Of a stretch of DNA of 64,000 nucleotides, positions 35,841-45,854 are shown one piece after another. Location: contig ML992503.1 of NCBI GenBank assembly GCA_010093995.1, forward strand, positions 735,234 to 799,233, in the 5' to 3' direction. Source of the stretch: Elsinoe ampelina. Taxonomy: Eukaryota. Positions within the stretch are counted from its first letter, which is position 1, and each line of letters opens with the position of its first letter. A program made the translations under genes and the position numbers. The notes under the pieces are model-generated. The model was not told the DNA's origin and did no database searches. It saw only the letters and a program-made list of their open reading frames with translations.

Positions 35841-38800
35841 CTCTGCTACGAATAATAGTAACTAAGAATCGAACTAAACACTAGAGTAGAAACGAAAGTC
35901 TATAGCCGGTAGAGAGTGTCCTTTCCCCTTCGCCTACTATATAGTATAGTATAGCGGATAATCCTCTTAGTCTCTTTACCGACCTTAACTCTTAACCTCT
36001 AGTATATAGAACGGATAGTAATAGTGATAGTAGGCTCGATAGCGACGTACACGAGAAAGAAGAGAGCATAGACAAGGTTATAATAGAAGGCACGCACGAG
36101 GAAGAGTAAGTAATTATAGTAAGCATAACTAGTAGCACGTCTATAGAGCGAAGTACTAGGAGGTTGTCCTTATCTAGTAGAGCTATATCCGATTATACTA
36201 TGTTTAAGATAGCTACTAGTATACTAGCTAGTAGCGAAGAGTTAGTTATAGACATAGTTTATCCTTAGTTTACGTTAACTAATCTTGTCTAGATCTCCCT
36301 AAGTCTATAATATATATACTAACACTGACGATAAACTAAATTACAATTAGTTAGGCGAGACTTAACTAAAGAAAGCCTTTATTAGTAGTATAGACGTAGG
36401 TCTTACCTAGTAGCTTATAAAAGAGAAACTTAGTAGAGCTATAATTACGTAATTACTTAAAGACCTACATATATAACCTCTAGTAGAGAGCCTTAGTTAG
36501 CGAACTACGAATGAACTAATAGAGAAGATAGAGAATTTAGATACGGGTAGGGGCATTAACGGCTAGTAGACCTTAAGCTTTATACTAAACACTAATCGTG
36601 GGCCTAAAAGACACACGTTCTAGCATCTAGATATTCTTATAGCGATACGCTTCTTGCTTAGCTATCGCAGTTTCGTAGTAGATATAGACTATAGCCTATA
36701 TAGAGTCTTTATAGAAGCTATCGAGAGTAAGCCGCTATAACAAGTGTATACCGAAATAGTAAGCGGCGACTAGTAGTAGAATATATAAAAGCGACTTAGA
36801 ATACTAGGGGCTACTATTATTCTATTAATTGTCGCGAGTAATTAGACCTAGGTAATAAACTATTAAGGAGATCTTATAGCACACGCTATCTATCTATTAT
36901 TAGGCAACCTAAAGGTAGAAGCACGTAATAGTAACTACCGGCCGAGGTAGTTACTAATTAGCTTACTTTCTATTATTAAAGATAGTAGCAATGTTGTTAA
37001 GGAGAAGACCTACTACGCTTGTATAAAGAAAATCTTTAATGCTGTTATTAATTACTACTCGAGAGAGAGCGAAATAATCTCCTATATAAATAGAAAGAGG
37101 TAGAGGTACTTCCCTATACTTACTACTATACCTACGAATTACGCCGAATAGGTTACTATAACCGGTGTAAAGTTACTATATCATTGTATAAGTTGCCTAA
37201 TTAGTAAGAACGAAAGGGAGGACCTAGTAGTTACTATGCTATTCTAAACTTACTACTCTACGTAGCGATAATAGCGCTTATAAAGAGAAGTACGCGAGAG
37301 TTAGTAGCGGAGTAAGAAGATAGATATAAGCTCTTAGGTTTATATAGTTAGTTACTTTACGTAGGATCTTCCGTATACTAATATTTACTACGCGATAGTA
37401 CTAGATATTCTACACTAACTTCTTAAAGGCGTTTTAATACACGTCTTACACTAGACTTAAAAATTGCTCTAGGATTTAATGCCTATATAGAGATTACTAC
37501 GGTATATAAAGGCTAGAGAGACTATATAGTAAATAGGCTACTAGCGCTTAGTAAAGGAGATTATACTTAATATTATTGACAAGCGTTTTAATAGTATACT
37601 AGTGTTTCCTAGCATCTAACACTTCTTATACTACTTAGCTATTAAGTAATAGATAGGTTAAGAGTAGAAGAGTATCGTACGCTAGATGCTTCTAGTATTT
37701 ATGCCGCTACTTAAGGAGGTTAAGGCGCCTTAAGCTATTAAGTTTATACGTATACTAGTCGACTTTATATTACTAGTAAACTATAAGACCTATAATAACG
37801 ACATACTCTAGTATATTAACCTTATGCTCTTTAGGATAAACAAGTATAAAGAAACCTTCCGGGCCTATTATAGCAATAGGAAAGAAGAGAGCAACTTTAA
37901 CTTTCTAAAATAGCACTTAATAATATATTTTTTAAAGGCTATCTATAATTTCGAAGTAGTTACTAGCCTCGATTCTAATTATTTAAAGTACAATTATATA
38001 TGCTTTATTAAGGACGCCTTTAAACTTATAAACAAGAAGGCTAGATAGAAAGACTAGGTTACTACTTATAATACTAAACTAGTAAACATGTTAGTAATAT
38101 TCGACAACCCCTCGAAGTTAGTTAGGCTATTAGCTACTAAACTAATTAAGATCTAGAGTACGCTAGTTAGCGTAAGCGATATAGTAAACGTCACTTCTTA
38201 GTTTAGCTAGCCTAGCGCTAAGGAGAGAGCTATATAGCGTATAGTAAGAGAACTAGAGGCGCTTATTAACATACTACCTAGGCTATTACTATAGCAAGTA
38301 ATAGCGGTGTTTGTCCGCGAGGCTCGTTAAGGTATAGCTAATATAGGCTCTAACTCGAGAACTAAACACTCTAATTAGTTTAACGCTAAACTAGATCCCG
38401 ATAGACTCGAACTAGATTCTTCCTAGGTAAGTGACCTCTATATTAAGTTCTACTATTCTTTAAAGTGTAGGAAACTATCCGACTATAATTCTAATAATCC
38501 TAATATAGACGAATAAGACTTTATCTAGTGTATAACTAAATAGCAGAGAATACGTAGCAATAAGAGGCAAGACTAGCTCTAGGTATAAGAATAGATAACG
38601 AACAACGAAGGCACTAACGGAGTATTACCTAATAGCCTACAAGGTAAGTTACTAGCTTATATTATATTTATAATAACTATAGAGGATAGCTTCTAGTCTA
38701 GTAGATTAGGCCGGCGTTAACGCCTATACTACACGGGAGCGCTAGTAGATCTATATTAGCCTACTTAGCCGGATAGAGTAGCTAATTAAGAGCATAGCAT

Positions 38801-39086
38801 GACACTAATTAAGCCTTAGACAAATCGACGCGTACGAGCTAGATAGAACGCTCTTACTAGTAGGCGTGTCTACTCTACCTCGTAAATCTACTATAGTATC
38901 TACGTTGTACTAGTAGATAAAACAAGACTATATAGCTAGATATACATTAATAACATAGCTAACTTCGATATATATAACATGCTATAGAATAAGTTATAGA
39001 AGTCTAAATAGCTCTACCTAGCTAAGGCTTTAAAACGAGAAAGGTTAAGATCCCTAGGCATAGTTAGTAAGTGTAGTAGGTATTAA
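35841..39086 (+). pseudogene. Plavaka-family transposase relic (true start probably somewhat further upstream)
   Basis: After RIP reversal: VYTEMxSGDWWW..Q...PGATIIPLIVASDQT...AIYLSLGNL (36744-36911), DYAEQV..TGVK...HCxSC (~37137-37197), PDILHQLLKG (37401-37430), DKRF..IPVFPGIRHF, QWTG, FNFPKWH (37896-37916), C-terminal YINNxADFD. An intron at ~36241-36293 joins repeat Y in frame. Confidence 0.88.
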
Positions 39087-39399
39087 CGAAGCTAGAGTAC
39101 TTCTTTCGTAGCTAGAATAATTGTCTCTTACGTTAACGGCCTAACGCTTAGGTATACTTAGGTTAACTACTAGACTATGTTAGGTAGGCGAGTTATAATA
39201 ACTTCCGTAGGTATTACTCTAACTAGTTAGTTTATACCTATATGTTATTAGGTTAGTCCCTAAACTATATAGGGTTCGTAGCCTAAGGTACCTTATGTAG
39301 TTTTTACGCTAAAGAGTTAGTCTATTCCTTTACTAATTATAATAGCTTAGAAAATTATAGTAAGGCGTTATAGAAGTTAGTCTTTAAGATGCTTAAGAC

Positions 39400-41300
39400 A
39401 TACCTTAAGTATTTAGTAACAGCGGTAAAAGGCTTAGGTTAGTAAGTTATCTTTAGGTTAGTTTTACTAATAGAGTTAGCGGTCTAAGAGGAAAGTTTAT
39501 TCTCTATAATAAGTTTACTAATAAGACTCCGATGTAGACGATAGTACTTTACTCTATTCGCTATTATATCGCAGAGATCTACTTAATACTACTAGAGTAG
39601 TTACTAAGGACTTATTCCTTTCTATCTAACGGATAAGATCTATAATAACACTAGCTTAGAAGACTCGCTAGAGAACATTCTTATTAATCTCTATATATAT
39701 ACTATACGTAGGAAACGAGTTAAGGAAGAAGCTACCCTTTAGTACAGCAAGTAGCCTCTTCCTTGTCCTTTAAAGTCTCCTTTATATCTATGTAGGTCGT
39801 AAGTATTTTCTTATAAGATTATTAGTATATAATATATATATAATAAATCCTGTCTATAAAATTATATACTAGATTATCCTACACGCGCTATTACTGTAAC
39901 TACTACTTAGTAGTAGTAATAGTAGAGTAGCGGGATATAGTAGGAAAAAGTATTATTATACCTACCTCTAAGAGGGGGATACTCTCTTTCTCCCCTATAC
40001 CTTCCTCCTTGCTCTCTACTATAGTAAGGTATACTATAACTAAAGCTACTACTACTACTCTCTCTATAACTACTATTACTCGTATATAGCTATAACTATA
40101 GGTTATTACTAGAAGCTTAGTACGCGTCGGAGTAACCTTATCTTTAATATATAGCAATAAAGTGCTATAATCTCAACCTAGACACTGCCTTTATTACCTC
40201 TCTAACAACTGTTATAACTAGCGCCGAGAGCTAGTAAGGTAAGAAGCGTACTACCTCTACCTTCGCTAGTGTCTATAGCTATACTAGTATTAAGCTCGGC
40301 AAGGTAGAGAAGAAGAGTAAGAAGCGGAAGGAGCCTCTTATTATTACTAATTACCTCCTTACTAATAACCTTATAGATAGACAGTTAGGGTAGATCTTAA
40401 ACTTCCTAGAAAGAGTATTTACTTCTCTACTATAACTGCCTTCGAGCTGTCGTTTAGACTACTATATCCTTAGTACTATCTCTAGAGCTACTTAGACACT
40501 ATACTAATGTCTATTAGACCTTACTTTTCTAAGTAGTCTTTCGTAGCTCTAGAATTATCCTTCTAGTAGGTATACTATTCTATGTTAGTAGACAAGGAAT
40601 TAGCTTAGCCTAAACTAAATATCTATTATATTTCTCGCACCTGTCTATGTTAGTATTAATCTTCTTAGAATAGGCTATAGCCTCGCTACTATAGCCACTA
40701 TTAATGTAGTATATCTAGCTTCTATTATTATTCTCTTCCTACGTTACTAACGACTTCTAAGTACTAGAATAGGTCTATAGGTATTTATACTCGATGTTGT
40801 AACTATACTTAGCTATAATAATTAAGTCCTTCTCGGGAAAAGCTTTCTTACATCTACAAGCCTAAGTTATAAATGCCCCTCTATAAGCTTATTTTACATT
40901 GTCGACGATATAGGCTACTAGATAGTAGAACTCGTAGGCTATAGAGTAATAGAGGCGCTTTTCGTTAGTGTTAACCTTTGTTACTAGCTATATAGTCGCG
41001 CGAAAGTGCTTATCTTTAGAGACATCTAACACCTTAATAGATAACTAAGTAGAGACGATAAAATAGAGTTAGAATAAGTATATATTAGTTTAGGGTTTTA
41101 TATTATAAGCTAGAGAATAAGGCGTATAATGTCTACTTTCCTATTATAGCGAAAGTGCTTCTATACTAAGCTTCGATAATATAGAGCATATACTTCCCCT
41201 CTATCTAGCGGACAAGATCTATAATAACACTAGCTTAGAGAGCTCTCTCCGGAAGATGCTCGTTAATTTCTATATCTATTCTAGTCGCGGCAAGTAGAGC
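39400..41300 (+). pseudogene. RIP-degraded cargo gene(s) resembling fungal BTB/POZ-domain proteins (two related C-terminal segments)
   Basis: ~100-bp repeat at ~39617-39720 and ~41198-41300 translating YLxDKIYNNTSLExSLxxxLxNxYIY; upstream IILLVG (~40553) and YIVARKCLSLETSNTLID (~40990-41043). Confidence 0.4.
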
Positions 41301-41320
41301 GTTTATCTAATCTAAGGCAC

Positions 41321-41392
41321 GTATAGTGCGTTTAACTAAAATTAGATAGGTATAGTGCATTTAACTAAATTTAGGTAGGTGTAGTACGTTTA
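41321..41392. repeat. Subterminal 29-bp tandem repeats (2.5 copies) near the right TIR of the Plavaka element
   Basis: GTATAGTGCGTTTAACTAAAATTAGATAG / GTATAGTGCATTTAACTAAATTTAGGTAG / GTGTAGTACGTTTA. Confidence 0.8.
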
Positions 41393-41475
41393 TAGCGACC
41401 TAACGTAGTTAAACTTAGTTTAATATAGAGAAACTTAATATTCTAACTCTCTACACTTAGGACTTTCGTAACGAA

Positions 41476-42463
41476 ATTACTCTAGCTAAACTAGCTAATA
41501 TTAAATTCCTTCTAGCTAAAGGCTATTTAGACCGTGCTATCTATAGTACTACTAAGGTTACTTACTCTACTATCCGGAGAATAAGGCTATTAATTAAGTT
41601 CTTTAGTGTGCCTTAGTTACCTAATAATATTAAGTACTACTTAAGGCTACTCTCTCTAGCTCTTAAAGATGTAAGTCTTACTCTTTCTAGCCTTCTCTAC
41701 TATACTAATACTACTTAAGTAAGTTATTCTATACCTTAACAACATCTCTATAGCCTACCTTAATAAGGTAAGGGACTTCCTCTTTAAAATCCACGCTATA
41801 CTAGTCTCTATTAGCACTATCTAGAGAATAATTAAGCGCCGGAGGTAGTTAAGGAAGGTAGCTAAGAAGGTGGCTATAGAAAGAGATAAGGTACTAAGGA
41901 GTAATTAGAGTATACACTATAAGAGCTAGCTAGTTAAGAGTATTATTTACATTGACAAGTTAGCTTATAATAAGTATACTATATAGAGGAGATATAGATA
42001 GGCACCTATTAGTGTTAACTATATAGATAGTTAGCTAAAGTAAAGAAGTAAGTACTAGAGTATACTTCTAGTAATTACTATAAATAGATACCTTAATAGA
42101 GTACTTATCTACTATAACTCTATTATAGGGAATATCTTTATCTAGTAGCTAAGAGAGTTAGTGCTACTATAGCTACTAGCTAGCATAATTCTAGTTATAG
42201 ATAATGCCTTAATACATCGCTATAATAAGGTAAAAGAGCTTATAATTAAATACGAAAGTTACCTTAAGTACCTACTACTATATTTACTAGATTTTAACTC
42301 TATTAAGTAGTTATTCTTAGTGCTTAAAGCGTAGGTAAAGAGGTACTACTATTTAGCTATAGAATTTAACGAATACTAGGACTTCTTAATATTAGTAGTT
42401 TAGTTATACTATAGAAAGGACGCTAGGAACTATTTTAAGAGCTATAGATATAGTATAAGATAA
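41476..42463 (+). pseudogene. Tc1/IS630-like DD34E transposase relic (its first 5 codons lie at 10677-10691)
   Basis: After RIP reversal: YLDEVRDFL...VSISTIxR...GWSRK, YIDESA...RRYGWAPIG (41948-42013), VMDNASIH (D at 42200), YLPPYSPDFNPIE (E at 42305). GTAAGT intron at ~41671-41719. Confidence 0.92.
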
Positions 42464-42579
42464 ATAGACAAGTATAAAGAGATAGGAGCCTTATAAGGTT
42501 AAACTTAGCTTTAATATCTACTAGTACTAAGAGGTTAAAAATTCTATACTATAGCCTTAGTCCTTCTACTACCTTATTT

Positions 42580-44485
42580 TACACCTCTTTTTAGAAGGCT
42601 ATCTAGTCTACTAAGTAGTATAATATTACTATTAAAGGCGCTAGCGCTTAAAGGAGCTTATCTTGCTAATTATCTACACTAAGAGGCCTTTATTAAAGTA
42701 CTACTTCTCTCTCTAATAAGAAGGATTAATACCTCTAAGGCTATTAATATTATAATTCTTACTCTTTAATCTAAACTCTATATTATCGAGTATAGCCTTC
42801 TACCTTTTAAAGGCCCCCTTCCTTTTTAGCTAGTTAAAGAATTTAGCTAAAACTTCTACTAGATTAGTATTAGAACTAATAGGTAAGAATCGCTCGAAGT
42901 TAGTAATTATACTACTTAAAGAAGGTAAGGATTAGAGAAGTACATAGCGTAGTAGTTCTAAGTACATGTTAGTAATATTAATAGTATTAACTAGTACTAG
43001 TAAAGCTAAATAGGACAGTAGTAGAGTTAGTAGTATAGGACGAGGTAAGTTAATAGAGGCCTCTAAGGTAGCTCTTCTTAGAGGTCTAGTTCTATTAAGA
43101 GTAATTATAAGCACTAGAGAAGGCTAATTAATACTATAGCTATTACTCCTTACTATAGCGCTCTATTAAAGCCTTATAGCCTTATCTAGCTTATAGTGCT
43201 CGCCCTTAATAGTCCTCTAGCATACATTACTAAAATTTATATAAGTTCGATCCTTACACTTCTAACGCTATACTAAATCTAGCTCTTAATTGCTATTTAC
43301 CGCCGCTAGTATACTATATAGTTAGCTAGTTACCGAGACATAGCCTTAAGAAGGCATAGTAGCGTCTTAAAAAGACTATAAAGAGAAGAAGAGAGAGTAT
43401 AGCTAAGCTACTACTAGTAAGAGGTTAGAAAAGGCTTATAGTATAGAAGGTAGTACTATCGGTGCTAGCTAAGAGATTAGTACTATTAAAAGAGGCTATA
43501 GCTAAGAGGCTTAAGTAGAGAATAGTACTAGAGTTACTCTCTTTATTACTGTACTTAGGCTAGCCTTTAATAGTAGTCGCTTTTATTAAGCCTACGTTTC
43601 TAGCTTAGTAGTTAAGCTATTAAAGTTAGCTAACTATACTATAGTAAAGGCTATATAGTTGTCTCTTTTTAGGCTACTATATTAAGTAACTATATTAACC
43701 TTAAGAAGGATAATATTATACTCTAAGCTAGTCGACTTCTTCTTTACTACCTAATTCGATATAGAAGACTATAATATCTTAGCTAGCTAGCTAAAGGTGT
43801 ACTTGTCTTAAGCTACCTTCTTCGATCTAAGCCTTACTATTAATTTTACATCTACTAAGCAACTAGTAAAGGAGTTATCTAAGTAATTCTCTTACGTCTC
43901 TAGTAGAAGTAACAACTAAGGTAGTTATATAGAGGCTACTATAGCCTCTATAGTAGCCTTCTTCTTCTTCTTCTCCTTCTCTTAAGTAGCTACTCTCTAG
44001 ATAAACTACCTTCTTCTCTCTACTAGTATCTTCTCTACTAACTCTAGCTCCTTATTCGACCTCTTCTCTTTCGCCGCTACTGCTACTCTCCTCTAGATAG
44101 AAGGCCTCCTTAGCGGCGGTTGCTTAATTAAAGGCCTTAGCTAGTTAGTAGTAGAAGATATAGTAGTAGCTTTAGCTATAATACGCTTAAGAAGAGCTTA
44201 GTCTATATTTAGTAGGTTTAGATAAGAGAGTGCTAGTATTTAGCTAGCTCGTAGAAAGAGCCTTAGTAGCTTCTACTAGTTTAGATTAATCTCTCTAAGA
44301 GAGCTAGAAGAGCAGCAAGAAGACTATAATACTACTAGTGACAAGGCTAGTAAAGGGGACTCTACTACTACCTCTTTCTCTTATAAAGTAGTAACTACCT
44401 CTTCGGCCTTATAAGTAGCTCTTAAAGGCCTCTTATTATAAGCCGGCTAGCGGCGAGGGGGGGTAGCAGGGTGCTTTTTGGCCAT
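42580..44485 (-). pseudogene. Second, convergent gene of the Tc1-like element, unknown function
   Basis: Intact ATG at 44485 (MAKKHPATPPRR...), acidic EEEEE tract at ~43960, C-terminal RFSPIGSDTDPVEVLAEFFDWLKRK after RIP reversal (~42820-42895); lies inside the TIRs. 3' end approximate. Confidence 0.6.
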
Positions 44486-44544
44486 TGTGCGCTTACGTAA
44501 AGGTATACTACCTTTATTATACCTTTTTTTAGCTTTACTTTTAA

Positions 44545-45517
44545 TTAATAACAACGACAATTCATGGAATTACAACTGTACACTATCTGGACCTCTGGCC
44601 ACCAAAATTTGCAGCTGAGAAGTCGGTGAAGCGTACGCCAAGACCTGGGGTGGCTCGTTTGAACTGAAAAGCCCTGTATATAATCGAGCTGTGGCGGAGT
44701 TCTGGCGCCAGGATCATCGGGATCCTTGAAACGTGACATATCGATTTGGTACCTTGGATCCTCTCTTATCCCTGGGGCCCAAAAGCGCCTCCTCCCAAAA
44801 TCTTCCCGCTCTCTGATCTTCCTCGTTTTCCAGCGCCTCCAATTGGTCCCTGTCAAAGTTAGCTCAGCTTCCTCATTATAACCATGAAGATGAAGAAGCC
44901 TCACTCCCCACTGAATGTCTCCATTGCACTTCCGTTGGCAACGCCCAGTTCCAGCCCGCACGAATGACGTCTACAGGGAATGGATACTCGAGCTTGTCGC
45001 ACAAGGCGAAGAACGCATCCTTCTCCGGTAGTACCACTCTCCATAATAGATCTCTGGGGTCGGCCGGTAAGTCCTCCGGCGTCTCATGAAAATCGACACT
45101 GAAGTCACTAAGATGCTTTCCAAATTCGAAAAGCTGCATGAAAGCCTCGAGTCTGTTCACCACCTCGTTGTCGACTGGCAGGTCGATAGCCAAACATCTC
45201 AAATCCTTCATCGAGACGGCCGATGGAAAGCGAGACAAGGCGCTGGTGTAGAAATTGATCTGATAAGCATCATCCGGTATGAAGACGTAGATCTCAAGCG
45301 AGCCGTACAGCAAGGTGAGAGCCTCGCGGTAAGTAGTTTTACAGCCTGACGCAATCGCCCAGAGATTCGGGACAGTATCGTCAGGTCCTTCAAGACGCCA
45401 GACTTTCTCGGAATGGGCGTCCAGGTGGAGGCTATACTGGAGGCGTTGCGATTCCGCGATGTCCTGGTAGATCATCATGCGGATCTCGAATGGAAGGGCG
45501 AGGAGGTCGAACGCCAT
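44545..45517 (-). CDS. F-box-like hypothetical protein; two exons (45517-44905 and 44849-44545), last 11 aa supplied by the transposon TIR
   Basis: N-terminal FDLLALPFEIRMMIYQ; a 55-nt intron GTGAGG...GCTAAC...CAG (44904-44850) joins the 213-aa and 138-aa ORFs in frame, giving 305 aa. Confidence 0.7.
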
Positions 45518-45854
45518 GATGCTTTCGGGGCAAGTGAGGTGAGGGCAGCGCGAAGGGCAGGAAAAGGATGATTTTGGAGATTTTATGAGGGATGCTGCAC
45601 GTAAAAGGTTGGTTCTGAGTCATGACTTGTGGAAGAAGAAAGGTGTTGCACGTGATTCGGGATCTGAGAGATTTTGGCCTCATGAATCTGGGGTGAAGAA
45701 CAGTCATCAGATTCGGATCAGCCGAGATCACGGACAAGGTGAGACGTGGAACCTTGTGTGACTTCGTAGTGAACAGAGGCCGTTGGGTCACATTTCATAA
45801 CGCTTAATCGCTAGCATTGTGTACAGACTGCATACTGATACACTGTCGCCTCAT

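Larger units (their letters stand above)
10692..41473 (+). mobile_element. Giant Plavaka-family (CMC/EnSpm-related) TIR DNA transposon with multiple cargo genes, RIP-inactivated
   Basis: Imperfect ~30-bp TIRs: CGTTACGAAATCCCTAACGCTAGAGAGCTA (10692) and the reverse complement CGTTACGAAAGTCCTAAGTGTAGAGAGTTA (41473). AA flanks both ends. Removing the element restores the Tc1-like transposase frame. Contains a Plavaka transposase relic. Confidence 0.8.
10420..44460. other. AT-rich block inactivated by repeat-induced point mutation (RIP)
   Basis: Abrupt drop in GC, strong TpA excess and CpA/TpG depletion; Trp/Gln codons in recognisable motifs read TAG/TAA; duplicated segments differ almost only by transitions. 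Confidence 0.97.
10619..44578 (+). mobile_element. Tc1/IS630-like DNA transposon (~3.2 kb once the nested insert is removed), RIP-inactivated
   Basis: Left end TA|TAGTTATAATT...TAAAGCTAAAAAAAGATATAATA (from 10619) is the RIP form of the reverse complement of the right end, TA|CAGTTGTAATT...TAAAGCTAAAAAAAGGTATAATA (from 44578). TA TSDs at 10617-18 and 44579-80. Contains a DD34E transposase relic. Confidence 0.85.

Noticed and set aside
10692..41473. Starship-type element
   Set aside because: No tyrosine-recombinase (DUF3435) captain recognisable at either end; TIRs, a 2-bp TSD and a Plavaka transposase explain the boundaries.
25876..43114. Short hydrophobic ORFs in the ORF track (25876, 28517, 39903, 42932)
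   Set aside because: Ile/Leu/Tyr-rich by-products of RIP, mostly antisense to, or fragments of, the degraded genes.
10420..44460. Mitochondrial insertion, alternative genetic code or foreign AT-rich DNA
   Set aside because: Stops fall at Trp/Gln positions of transposon motifs and repeat copies differ by transitions, which is the RIP signature.
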